A stretch of DNA of 64,000 nt, taken from NCBI GenBank assembly GCA_943787465.1, contig CALSMN010000006.1, forward strand, positions 205,105 to 269,104, written 5' to 3'. The notes below the pieces were generated by a model. It ran no database searches, was not told where the DNA came from, and saw only the letters and a list, made by a program, of their open reading frames with translations. Source of the DNA: an uncultured Bacteroidia bacterium. Lineage in GTDB: Bacteria; Bacteroidota; Bacteroidia; NS11-12g; UBA9320. Each line of letters opens with the position of its first letter. Within the stretch, counting starts at the first letter, position 1. A program made the position numbers and the translations under genes. Shown one piece after another: positions 40,378-51,300 of the stretch.

Positions 40378-42171
40378 TTATCGCAGTGAATAATTTTCTA
40401 TTTCTATCGTATAGGGCATAATCGCTTGGACACTATGTTTTGTCCCCCATCTTTCTATTTCACTTAATTGATTAATATATGATTCAAATCCAGTATATCT
40501 AGACCATTTTTTTAGCTCGGAACTTAAATTTGAATTCCCTTGAATTTTGCTTACTATTTTTAGAATAGCATCTTGATTTTTGGGATATTCTAGTGTCTTA
40601 TATTCCTCTAAATCAGCTTCTTTAGCTGCAATTCGGATTGCATCTTCCAACCCGCCCAATGCATCAACCAATCCAATATCTTTTGCCATTTTACCAGTCC
40701 AAATTCTGCCTTGTGCAATTTCATTTACTTTTTCTTTAGACATTTTTCTACCGTCAGCAACACGCGTTAAAAAGGTATCATATATTTTATCAATAATTGA
40801 TCCTATGTAAGCCGATTCTTCTTCCGTAAGGGGTCGGTCTATTCTACCTATATCCGAATTTTTACCCGTTTCAACATAATCAAATGTAATCCCCATTTTT
40901 TCATTTAATAAATTTTGAGCATTCGGTATTAATCCAAAAACACCTATTGACCCTGTAATAGTGGTAGGTTCTGCTATAATTTTTCGAGCTGGAGTCGCAA
41001 TATAATAACCACCGCTTGCGGCTACATCACTCATACTGACAATCAAAGGCTTCTCATCGGCAAGTAACTTGGCTTCTCTCCAAATGATCTCACTTGCTAA
41101 AGAACTACCACCACGACTATCAATTCTCAGAACAACTGCTTTTACTTTATCATTTTCTCTTACTGATTTTAATGTTTTTGCCATATCATCAGCCGCAATT
41201 TGACTTCCATCTCCCTTTCCACCTACAATATCTCCCGATGCATATATAATGGCAATACGATCCTGGCTACTACCGGTTGATTTTAATGCTTTAGCATATT
41301 TGGACTCTGAGATTAAAGGTACTTTTTCTGAAGTAGAAATTCCCATTCGTTTTTTCATAGTGGAATAAAACTGATCGCGATAAACGGCTTGATCGATATA
41401 TCCAGCATCTATAAAATCTGATACAGATCGCAATTCTAATTGGTCTGCATCTAACTTCAGCTTATCGATCGCTATTCCCCTAGATTTAGAAATACTGGAC
41501 AAAACCTCGTCAAATACTGAATTGATATATACTTCCATTTGGAGCCTATTCTCAGGACTCAAGTCTTTTCGTGTAAAAGATTCAACAGCACCTTTATACT
41601 TGCCGGCACGAATAGCTTGTACTTCTACACCCATTTTCTCCAAAGCACCTGCAAAAAATGAAACTTTTCCAACCATTCCTGTAAACGATATTTCGCCTTC
41701 CGGATTTACAAACACACTATCTGCTACACTGGCCATGTAATAGGTAGGAAAATAATAATAGTCTGCATAAGCATATACAAATTTTCCCGATCGTTTAAAG
41801 TCTTCCAATTTTGTTCGTATCTCTGTCAACTTCGCATATCCTGCTGAAAAGGAAGTTAAATCTAGTACAATTCCATGAATGTTGTCATCGGATTTTGCCT
41901 GTTCAATTGATTGTAAAATTTGATTTAATCCTACAGGCATATTTGCATTGGGATCTAATGTTTGAAGATAAGATAATGGACCTTCATCAGGTGATTTGTC
42001 CCTCAATGGGTAATTAAGACTTAGATTTAAAATACTGTTTTCAGGGATATCATTATCTGGCTTTGCAAATCTGGCAATGCTCAATCCAAGGAGTAATACA
42101 ATAATAAAACTGATAAAAATGGCTAAGAGATAACCTAAACTGGATGCAAAAACAACTTTAAAAAATTTCAT
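40378..42171 (-). CDS. sppA: Signal peptide peptidase SppA (67K type)
   Basis: AGKYKGAVE, LRIDSRGGS, AASGGYY, ITGSIGVFG, AQGRIWTG. Confidence 0.95.
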   Translation of the reverse strand: MKFFKVVFASSLGYLLAIFISFIIVLLLGLSIARFAKPDNDIPENSILNLSLNYPLRDKSPDEGPLSYLQTLDPNANMPVGLNQILQSIEQAKSDDNIHGIVLDLTSFSAGYAKLTEIRTKLEDFKRSGKFVYAYADYYYFPTYYMASVADSVFVNPEGEISFTGMVGKVSFFAGALEKMGVEVQAIRAGKYKGAVESFTRKDLSPENRLQMEVYINSVFDEVLSSISKSRGIAIDKLKLDADQLELRSVSDFIDAGYIDQAVYRDQFYSTMKKRMGISTSEKVPLISESKYAKALKSTGSSQDRIAIIYASGDIVGGKGDGSQIAADDMAKTLKSVRENDKVKAVVLRIDSRGGSSLASEIIWREAKLLADEKPLIVSMSDVAASGGYYIATPARKIIAEPTTITGSIGVFGLIPNAQNLLNEKMGITFDYVETGKNSDIGRIDRPLTEEESAYIGSIIDKIYDTFLTRVADGRKMSKEKVNEIAQGRIWTGKMAKDIGLVDALGGLEDAIRIAAKEADLEEYKTLEYPKNQDAILKIVSKIQGNSNLSSELKKWSRYTGFESYINQLSEIERWGTKHSVQAIMPYTIEIENYSLR

Positions 42172-42188
42172 ACGTTTTTATGTTAGTC

Positions 42189-43751
42189 CTAATAGACCAT
42201 AAATTTAGAAACATATGTTTCTTTATGGGTTTTCAGTAGTACGAAGTAAATACCTGTAGGCTGATTTTTAAATGAAATTTCGTTAAACCTCTTGGGACTT
42301 TCGTTTAAAAGGAGTTGACCATTTGAATTCCAGATTTCAAACTCTATAGGATTAAGTGGTATATTTTTTAATTGGATATGCTGGTTCTTTTCGTTGTATA
42401 CGGCACTCATTAATTTACTTTCTACAAAAGAGGTACTTGCTTGACCCATTGTAAAACGAATTGGCAATTCAATCGTTGATCCCGTTTGACTGGTTAAATT
42501 AATAATCAAATTATCTTGATAAGTTCCTTCTGGCAAAGACTTAAATGATATCAAAACAGGAGAAACATCTCCAACCTTAGCCATGTCATCTACCGATTTG
42601 ATAACTACGTTTCCGGTTGTTGAAGAAACTTGAGTAATGTTTGATATATCTGTATTACCCGTATTGATTAAATAAATAATGCGCTCTGATGTTGGGGATA
42701 CATACGAATAATCAATCTGATCTTGTGCTACTTGAATATCTTTAATTATAGGTGTTGGATCATCCGAACCAATATTATTGATTCGATCCAAAAATTCAGG
42801 ATGATCTATAAATGGATTTCTATTCTTTTGATAACCAAAAATTTTTTCATTGCGTTGTCTATCCCAATCTGAAGGTTGAAATTGCTTATGCCACTGTTTT
42901 AATATGGTTTCTTGACCATCTATAAAATTGCCATAGTCCGTATAACGTATTGCAAAATATAGCATCGCCCTTGCAGCCGTACCTTTGTGTTCATTTCGAG
43001 GTTCGAAAACGCCACTTCCTAGCTTACTTCCTCCACCCGTCCAACTGGGGTTAGTAACAACTCCAAATGGATTATTACTCCTCCTACTATTCGTTGATGC
43101 ATCTGTTGGGTATAAATGATGGATATCTGAACGCTCAGGGTCATTAGAATTAAATAAACTTTGAGGCCACGTATGTTCACAATTTATACTATTGGCATTG
43201 GCTTCAGCCCGAGTACTCATAGTGACTTCTCTGCCTGTATATACGCAGGTAACTTTACCGTTCACATTATCTATATCGCCGTACATATTATCTCTAGCAG
43301 TGGTGTACCCTAAATTTTTATAGTTGTTTGCTAAAATAGATTTTAATTCATCTTTCAAGTCTTGGTAACTCTTATTGAATGTTGATGCATAATACGTATC
43401 AGAATATTTACCGTCTCCTTGTAAATCTATTCGATATTCTGAACCGTCATTGGCTACAATGATGAGCTCTGAATTGTATGCTAAATTATGTTTAGGTTTG
43501 AAAATAACCGATATTTTCTCACTTTCACCTGGCTGAATTGTTCCATTATTGATAGTCCCCGTAAAATCTTCTGCAAATAGGGCCAATTGGCTAACTGTAA
43601 CTGGATAGGTGTTCGTATTATAAATATCTACTGTAATTTCTTTTTGGTTGGTTGTTAACACATCTCCAAAATCAAGTGTTGATGTAGATAGAGTAAGTTG
43701 TGCTTGGGCAAACAAAACCCACAAAACGCATAAAAGACTGTATTTCCGCAT
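42189..43751 (-). CDS. Secreted endonuclease I-family DNase with Ig-like domains and T9SS type A C-terminal domain
   Basis: Signal peptide from ATG 43751; NCEHTWPQS, SDIHHLYPTD, NSRRSN, KGTAARAMLYF, QKNRNPFIDHP; CTD IWNSNGQ..GIYFV..KFMV. Confidence 0.88.
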   Translation of the reverse strand: MRKYSLLCVLWVLFAQAQLTLSTSTLDFGDVLTTNQKEITVDIYNTNTYPVTVSQLALFAEDFTGTINNGTIQPGESEKISVIFKPKHNLAYNSELIIVANDGSEYRIDLQGDGKYSDTYYASTFNKSYQDLKDELKSILANNYKNLGYTTARDNMYGDIDNVNGKVTCVYTGREVTMSTRAEANANSINCEHTWPQSLFNSNDPERSDIHHLYPTDASTNSRRSNNPFGVVTNPSWTGGGSKLGSGVFEPRNEHKGTAARAMLYFAIRYTDYGNFIDGQETILKQWHKQFQPSDWDRQRNEKIFGYQKNRNPFIDHPEFLDRINNIGSDDPTPIIKDIQVAQDQIDYSYVSPTSERIIYLINTGNTDISNITQVSSTTGNVVIKSVDDMAKVGDVSPVLISFKSLPEGTYQDNLIINLTSQTGSTIELPIRFTMGQASTSFVESKLMSAVYNEKNQHIQLKNIPLNPIEFEIWNSNGQLLLNESPKRFNEISFKNQPTGIYFVLLKTHKETYVSKFMVY

Positions 43752-43880
43752 AGTGGCAAAGGTAATCAGAAAAGGTTTAGGTCTTAAAACTGAATGATTA
43801 ATCGAACCATCAATAGAATACATGCAAATCTTTATTCCTTTTTTTTAAGCTAAAAAAAATATTCAGTAATCTAAAAATAG

Positions 43881-44150
43881 TCATTTTTTTATACCCAAAG
43901 CTCCCAACAAACCTCGGGTCAACTCTCTTAAAACCGTTCTTCCTAATTGTCTTACCATGGTGTTTTCTGAGATAGATTCAACCACAGACTTACTTCTTGA
44001 TGGGGGGTTCTGAGATTTCTTTTTTCCCTCATTCAGTTTTTCTTGATTTTCTATTTGATGAGCTATCTTAATTTTACAAGTCAATATAAAAATAATTACG
44101 CTACCCTATTATCACCTCAAAAATTATACCTCTGACAATTTCCGTTGAAA
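43881..44150 (-). pseudogene. 3' remnant of a DUF853/YjgR (HerA-like) ATPase
   Basis: ENTMVRQLGRTVLRELTRGLLGALG resembles the family C-terminus; upstream frame blocked by TGA-TAA-TAG with frameshifted traces. Confidence 0.6.
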
Positions 44151-44212
44151 GGTTGTATACTTTTAACACCTTAAACCATACTTTAAAGCAAAAAATTCTG
44201 TTGATTTGTACC

Positions 44213-45559
44213 ATGCTTACACCACTTTCAGCAATTAGTCCTATCGATGGAAGATACCATAACAAAGTCAATGAATTAGCTCCATATTTTTCTGAATACG
44301 GTCTATTCAAATACCGTGTTTGGGTGGAAATTGAATACTTCATTGCACTATCTGAATTAGATTTAAAACAATTTCCCAAATTATCAGAGGAAAATCAAAC
44401 TTTTTTGAGAACCATCTATCAAAATTTTACCGAAGAAGATGCTCAAGAAATTAAGGACATTGAGAAAACAACTAATCACGATGTTAAAGCTGTAGAATAT
44501 TTCATAAAATCCAAACTAAAAGATACACCCATGGAAGATCTTAGTGAATTTGTTCACTTTGGTTTGACAAGTCAAGATATTAATAATACTGCTATCCCAT
44601 TTAGCCTTCAATTGGGTTTGGATGAAGTAATTATTCCCAGCATCAAAAATATACACGCACATATCCTAAAATTGGCAAAAGAATGGAAAAACATCCCCCT
44701 ACTGAGCCGAACCCATGGACAGGCAGCTACTCCTACCACCGTGGGAAAAGAATTTGCTGTTTTTGCAGAACGTATCCGAATTCAATTAGAAACCCTCATT
44801 AATACTCCAATCAGTGCAAAATTTGGTGGTGCAACTGGTGCATTCAATGCCCACAGACTAGCTTTCCCAGACGTTAACTGGCCCGAGTTTGGTAATCAAC
44901 TGGTTAATGATTTAGGCTTAGTCAGAAGTGACCCCACTACTCAAATAGACCACTATGATCAGCTGGCTGCTATTTTTGATGCCTTACGTAGAATTAATGT
45001 CATACTTATGGATTTTGCCAAAGATATCTGGCAATACATCAGTATGGATTTCTTTAAACAAAAAATTGTAGCTGGTGAGATTGGGTCTAGTGCTATGCCT
45101 CATAAAGTAAATCCGATTGACTTTGAAAATGCGGAGGGTAATTTTGGAATTGCTAATGCATTACTGGATCATTTGAGTAATAAACTACCCATTAGTAGAC
45201 TACAACGAGATTTAACAGATAGTACCGTTTTAAGAAACATAGGGGTTCCTCTTTCGCACATGTTGATAGCCTATAAAAGTATTGAAAAAGGCATGAATAA
45301 GCTCATTCTTCACGAGGATGCTATTCGGCTTGATTTAGACAAAAACTGGGCGGTAGTTGCAGAAGCAATTCAGACCATCCTCCGTCGAGAAAAAGTAGAA
45401 GGTGCCTATGAATTACTCAAAGATCTCACTCGCACAAATAACGGTATTAACGAGGAGAGCATTTCTGAATTTGTAGCTAAGTTGAATGTCTCCGATGCTG
45501 TTAAAATGGAAATCAGTAAAATTACACCATTCAACTATTTGGGATATGCTGCAGAATAA
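44213..45559 (+). CDS. purB: Adenylosuccinate lyase
   Basis: AISPIDGRY, TNHDVKAVEY, SRTHGQ, GSSAMPHKVNPIDFEN, SRLQRDLTDS. Confidence 0.98.
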   Translation: MLTPLSAISPIDGRYHNKVNELAPYFSEYGLFKYRVWVEIEYFIALSELDLKQFPKLSEENQTFLRTIYQNFTEEDAQEIKDIEKTTNHDVKAVEYFIKSKLKDTPMEDLSEFVHFGLTSQDINNTAIPFSLQLGLDEVIIPSIKNIHAHILKLAKEWKNIPLLSRTHGQAATPTTVGKEFAVFAERIRIQLETLINTPISAKFGGATGAFNAHRLAFPDVNWPEFGNQLVNDLGLVRSDPTTQIDHYDQLAAIFDALRRINVILMDFAKDIWQYISMDFFKQKIVAGEIGSSAMPHKVNPIDFENAEGNFGIANALLDHLSNKLPISRLQRDLTDSTVLRNIGVPLSHMLIAYKSIEKGMNKLILHEDAIRLDLDKNWAVVAEAIQTILRREKVEGAYELLKDLTRTNNGINEESISEFVAKLNVSDAVKMEISKITPFNYLGYAAE

Positions 45560-45914
45560 AAAAACGCTTGTAATTGGTGCTACGCCGAAAACTGAACGAT
45601 ATGGATACATGGCTACGGAGATGCTTCATAAAAAGGGACATGATGTTGTACCCTATGGCATTAAAAAGGGAAATATAGGCTCCTTGAATATCCGCAACCA
45701 ATGGCCGACTGATACCGATTTTCATACCATCACCTTGTATATTAATAAACAATTACAGACACAGTATATAGATCGCATCTTAGCCCTTAAACCGCATCGC
45801 ATTATTTTTAATCCAGGTACCGAAAATATTGAACTTTTCCAACTCGCCGAGCACAAAAATATAACACCCATAAATGCATGTACATTAGTACTTTTGCAAA
45901 CCAATCAATTTTAA
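45546..45914 (+). CDS. CoA-binding domain protein (YccU-like)
   Basis: TLVIGATPK.ERY, TITLYIN, RIIFNPGTEN, ACTLVLL; 14-nt overlap with purB. Confidence 0.9.
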   Translation: MLQNKKTLVIGATPKTERYGYMATEMLHKKGHDVVPYGIKKGNIGSLNIRNQWPTDTDFHTITLYINKQLQTQYIDRILALKPHRIIFNPGTENIELFQLAEHKNITPINACTLVLLQTNQF

Positions 45915-45917
45915 GAC

Positions 45918-46688
45918 ATGAAAAAAAATTACATTTTACTACTAACGGCATTTATTTTAGCTTGTACTCCAAGTCAAGAATCTCAACTAGCAAAAATTCA
46001 AGCTTTTGAAAAATCTGAAAAAACGGCCACTAAAGAAGGTTTAGAAAAACTGGCTCTTCTTCACAAAAACTATGGACTCAAATATCAAGATGAAATAGCT
46101 AATAACTACCTGTACGCAGCAGCTCAACACTATTTTTATGAGCAAGATACCGTAGAATCAATAGCACTATTATCAGAATATATTACACGTGATGACTCTT
46201 CTGATCGGTACAGAAATGCTGCCATTAATCTTGCTATCATGTATGCAAGACAGCATAAATATGAACAAACAGAGGAACTAATAGCCGAATTATTGGATAA
46301 AAATCTACCAACTCACGCCCAGTGGCAGGACATCATTACCCTTTATGAGAATAAATTAAAAGATGCAACAACAACGCTTAGACCAAAGGATTTTGAAAAT
46401 TTAACTATGGGATATACCGCTGTAGGTAGATATGCTGATGCTGTTAGAAGCCTTGACAATGCAATCCATAAATGGTCAAAATTTGACAATAGAAGTAACC
46501 TAATTTACAGGGCAGGTTTTATTGCTTGGGAATACCAAAAAAATATTCCGTTAGCTAAATCCTATTACAATCGATTTCTTGAAGAGTATCCGAATGATGA
46601 AAAGGCTGCTGAAGTACGTCAAATGCTACATGACGGTATTCTAGAAATGAGTGATGAAGCAATTTTGAATATGTTAAAAGGGAAATAA
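45918..46688 (+). CDS. TPR-repeat lipoprotein
   Basis: Lipobox ILAC; helical repeats ending AGFIAWE..AKSYYNRFLEEYPND. Confidence 0.78.
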   Translation: MKKNYILLLTAFILACTPSQESQLAKIQAFEKSEKTATKEGLEKLALLHKNYGLKYQDEIANNYLYAAAQHYFYEQDTVESIALLSEYITRDDSSDRYRNAAINLAIMYARQHKYEQTEELIAELLDKNLPTHAQWQDIITLYENKLKDATTTLRPKDFENLTMGYTAVGRYADAVRSLDNAIHKWSKFDNRSNLIYRAGFIAWEYQKNIPLAKSYYNRFLEEYPNDEKAAEVRQMLHDGILEMSDEAILNMLKGK

Positions 46689-47449
46689 TGCCGACAGCAC
46701 TTATTACAGGAACTACATCTGGTATTGGGCAAGCTTCTGCCTATACACTAGCTAAACAGGGATATCATTTGATTCTAAATGGAAGACGAAAAGATCGTCT
46801 CGAAGAACAAGCAAAAGAGCTTGAGAAAAAGTATGGCATACAAACACTCCTGATGCCTGTTGATGTGAGAAATCATAATGAAGTAGCGGATTTTTTTAAT
46901 GCTTTACCTCAAGCATGGAAATCAATCCATGTACTTATAAATAATGCGGGTTTGGCTGCTGGCATGAATACTTTAGAAGAAGGTAGCTTGGACCATTGGA
47001 ACCGCATGATTGATACCAACATCAAAGGGTTGTTGCATGTGACTAAACACCTAATACCCATACTTAAAAAAACAAATGGTCATATTGTCAATATTGGATC
47101 AATAGCTGGCAAAGAAGTCTATACCAATGGAAATGTATATTGTGGAACTAAACATATGGTAGATGCCTTGAACAAGGCAATGAGAAAAGAACTAGCCGAG
47201 CACGGAATTCGGGTAAGTAGCGTTAATCCTGGAGCTGTTGAAACTGAATTCTCCATAGTCCGAATGGATGGTAATGAAGAAAAAGCAAAACATGTATACG
47301 AAGGATTCGAAAACCTGATTGCCCAAGACATTGCCGATGCCATTTGGTTCATTTTAAGTAGGCCAAAACATGTAAACATCAATGAATTGATCATCATGCC
47401 TACAGCACAGCCTGTTGCTGGCGAAGTAATTCGAAATAAAGGACTTTAA
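46688..47449 (+). CDS. SDR oxidoreductase (YdfG-like)
   Basis: TGTTSGIG, NNAGLA, YCGTK, PGAVETEFS. Confidence 0.94.
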   Translation: MPTALITGTTSGIGQASAYTLAKQGYHLILNGRRKDRLEEQAKELEKKYGIQTLLMPVDVRNHNEVADFFNALPQAWKSIHVLINNAGLAAGMNTLEEGSLDHWNRMIDTNIKGLLHVTKHLIPILKKTNGHIVNIGSIAGKEVYTNGNVYCGTKHMVDALNKAMRKELAEHGIRVSSVNPGAVETEFSIVRMDGNEEKAKHVYEGFENLIAQDIADAIWFILSRPKHVNINELIIMPTAQPVAGEVIRNKGL

Positions 47450-48255
47450 TATCCCGAAGCTCCCATCAAACGGGTGTCTCTTGAATGTATACTCATAACA
47501 GGTATGGTGCTGCTATTGACGAGCTGTTGAGCATAGCTACCCATGAAAAATCCAGCACTCTCCGTTTCGGTCATAATTAACATTAATCCAGCGTTAACTT
47601 CTTCGCCGTATGCAATACAGGTCTCAGGGACATTCACTCCATACTTTTCCTCTTGTGTACATTGAACACCCTTCTGATTTAGGTAATTTACTGTTTGATT
47701 CACATAGGAGTGAACATGTTTCTGTGTCTCTGAAGAACTATTTTTTGATGTCCCTAAAACGTGAACGGTAGCACCAAACGCATTTGCTAATTTCAAACAA
47801 TACGATACTTTTTGTCGAGTTGTAATCGAGTTTACTAAAGGTAACAAGATATGATTTAATTCTGGTGAAGATTTATTTTCTTGGACACTGATTACCGGAC
47901 AATTTGAACTACTAATCACTTTGTAAGCGTTGCTGCCCATCCAATTTGATTTCCAACCACTTGTCCCATGAGTACCAATCAATATCAAACTAAAGTCGTG
48001 TTCTTTCTCTAGTTGAATCACCTCGTCATATACTCTACCTTTTCGCTGAATAATTTCTAATTTTAAATGCTTAGTTTCAGCAAATTTGAGGAGATAAGAT
48101 GCACAAAGTTCCATGTCAGTAGTCGTTTCTGGAACAACTAAAGCTGTTACCTCTGAATTAAATTTTTGAGCTATTCCATAGGCACTTTGCATAGCAGATT
48201 TTGATGAATCACTTCCATCATACGCTACTAAAATTTTGTTAAATGCCGTATTCAT
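47446..48255 (-). CDS. Tandem-domain universal stress protein
   Basis: KILVAYDGS, IGTHGTSG..MGSNA..CPV, second domain HILLPL..GSYAQQLV..IPV. Confidence 0.9.
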   Translation of the reverse strand: MNTAFNKILVAYDGSDSSKSAMQSAYGIAQKFNSEVTALVVPETTTDMELCASYLLKFAETKHLKLEIIQRKGRVYDEVIQLEKEHDFSLILIGTHGTSGWKSNWMGSNAYKVISSSNCPVISVQENKSSPELNHILLPLVNSITTRQKVSYCLKLANAFGATVHVLGTSKNSSSETQKHVHSYVNQTVNYLNQKGVQCTQEEKYGVNVPETCIAYGEEVNAGLMLIMTETESAGFFMGSYAQQLVNSSTIPVMSIHSRDTRLMGASGY

Positions 48256-48366
48256 TGTTTTAGTATTTAATTAGTTTTGGGTTGTTAAATATACATAATA
48301 AGTTCCAAAAAGTCAAAAAATTAGCAGATTAACTTAAAAACGAATAAAAAAAATAAGGATCGTTGG

Positions 48367-51300
48367 CTAATTAAATCTGAATTCTAAACCCAAATTGTTC
48401 AACTTTTTTTTCGTGATTTCATCCATCTGAATTTTATATCGTTGGGAGGAAGCTCTTACACTTTTGTCGCCATCTTTTATTAAAAATGATAATTTAATTT
48501 TACCCCTCTCATCAATCAAATCGAAGATAGATTCCATTAAATTTTCGTTGACTAAACTTGCCTCTACTTCAAGAGTTACTTTTTTGAGTTGATGCGCTAC
48601 GGTATCCTCTAAGAATGAAATGTGAGTCAGGTTTAAATCCAGTTTATTGGGGTCTCTATAGCTTTTCTCACCTTTAGCTATAATATATATCTGAGCATTC
48701 AATTCTATCCATGGTTTGAACTGAATATACTTCTCGCCAAACAGAGCAAATTCTCTGGTTCCGCTAAAATCTTCAAGCATGAATATACAAAATGGCTTTC
48801 CATTTTTACTTACGGAATCTCGGACTGAAGTAATTAGACCCGCTAATTTTATCTCAGTACCCTCTAGTTTTAAATTTTCTTCCTCAATTTTCAATAAGTC
48901 GTGTGTTGTGAAATGGTTTATCTCAAACTTATAATTGTTCAGAGGATGACCAGATATATAAATGCCTACCAACTCTTTTTCTAATTGCAATTTCTCCATC
49001 AAAGACCATGGTTCAACTTGAGGCAATACGGGTTCTGATATTTCCAATGATCCTGCACCACCGAATAGAGAAGCCTGATTACTTAAAGCATCATTTTGCA
49101 CTTGATTTCCAAACTTTACTGCTATATCAATCCCTTTTCCTGCTCCTGAATCAATTACATAGCTAGACCGATTTACACCAAATTCGTCAAACGCTCCAGC
49201 TATAGCCAAATTTTCCAGTGATTTTTTATTTACAATCCGTTGATTGGCTCGTTTACAAATATCAAAAATATTAGCATACGGTCCATTTTTACGGCGTTCC
49301 CGAATAATTTCTTCAGCTGCTGTATCTCCAACACCTTTAATTGCTGCAAGGCCAAACCGTATTGCTCCGTCTTTATTTACACTAAACTTTCGCTCACTTT
49401 CATTAGCACTTGGTCCAAGTATCTCTATACCCATCCACTTACATTCATCCATAAAAAAGCTTACTTTTTTAATATCATTCATGTTATGTGTAAGTACCGA
49501 TGCCATGAATTCTGCTGGATAATGAGCCTTCAAATAGCCTGTATGAAAGGCTAAATAGGCATAACAAGTACTGTGACTTTTATTAAAAGCATATGACGCA
49601 AATGCCTCCCAATCCGTCCAAACTTTTCGAAGGATTTTTTCATCATGACCCCTTTCAGTACCTTGACTAATAAATAAATCAAAGAGTTTATTCATCTCTT
49701 CAATTTTCTTTTTTCCCATCGCTTTTCGTAAACTATCTGCCTGACCCTTTGTAAATCCAGCTAACTTCTGTGAAAGTAGCATCACTTGCTCTTGATATAC
49801 CGTAATGCCGTAGGTATCTGCCAAATATTCTTTCATATCTGGTAGATCATAATGAATTTCTTCTTGACCGTGCTTACGAGCTATGAAATTTTTAATATAC
49901 TCCATTGGGCCTGGGCGATATAGGGCATTCATCGCAATTAAATCTTCAAACTTATCGGGTTTGAGCATCTTGAGATTCTTTTGCATTCCGGGGCTTTCGA
50001 ACTGAAATACACCATTGGTATTTCCTTTTGTAAATAATTCTAAGGTCTTAGCATCATCCAATGGAATTTCATCTGGTATTATAGTTACTCCTCTTTTATT
50101 CTTGACAATTTCAACAGCATCTTTGATAATAGTCAGGGTTTTTAAACCCAAAAAATCCATTTTCAAAAGACCGGCAGACTCTACTACGCTGTTGTCAAAT
50201 TGAGTGACCAATAAGTCTGAATCCTTGGCGGTGGTAATGGGGACATACTTCGTGATATCATCCGGGGTAATAATTACACCACAGGCATGTATCCCTGTAT
50301 TTCTAACCGATCCTTCTAACCGTTTGGCCGTTCGAATCATTTCCCCAATTGAATTATTTTTTTCTGATAATAATCTAAAATCTTCAGCAGCTTTAACCTG
50401 TTCTGCATTCATATCCCCTTTCAATTTTTTATCAATGCCACCATCATTTAGTACTTTTTTTAGGTTAGCACTCAAATGTGAAGGAAAGGTTTTCGTGACC
50501 TTATCCACCTCTCCAAGTGGAACATCCATTACTCGACCTACGTCTCTGAGTGAAGACCTAGCAGCCATACTTCCGTATGTGATTATTTGAGCAACTTGAT
50601 TTTTTCCATACTTGTCTACCACATAATCAATTACTTTTTGTCTACCCTCGTCATCAAAATCAATGTCAATATCTGGCAGAGATACCCGTTCTGGATTCAA
50701 AAATCGCTCAAAAAGTAGATCATATGCAATTGGGTCAACATTGGTAATACCGAGACAATATGCTACAGCACTGCCCGCAGCAGAACCCCTACCTGGGCCA
50801 ACAGAAACTCCCATATCTCTAGCTACACTGGTAAAATCTTGTACAATTAAAAAATAACCCGGATAACCCGAATCTTTAATAACCGATAGCTCAAAGAGTA
50901 GACGTTCTTCTATTTCAGAAGTTAGATCAGGGTATCTTTTTTTTGCCCCTTCAAAAGTGAGATGCTTTAAATAATCATCCTGAGATTTAAACTCTGGAGG
51001 CATTACAAAATTTGGCAACAAGACATCTCTAGTTAATTGAGGTGTTTCGATGCTATCCACAACTAAATTGGTATTATCCAATGCTTCGGGTAGATCAGCA
51101 AAAAGCCGACCCATTTCAGCTTGAGTTTTAAAGAAAAACTCATTATTTGGAAACGCAAAACGCATCCCTTTCCCATACCCTTTGGGATCAGTCATTCTAG
51201 AGCCGGTATTTACACATAACAGAATATCATGTGGAAGTGCATCATCCTCTTCCATATAATGAGAATCATTGGTAGCAATGACATGCAAATCGTATTTTTT

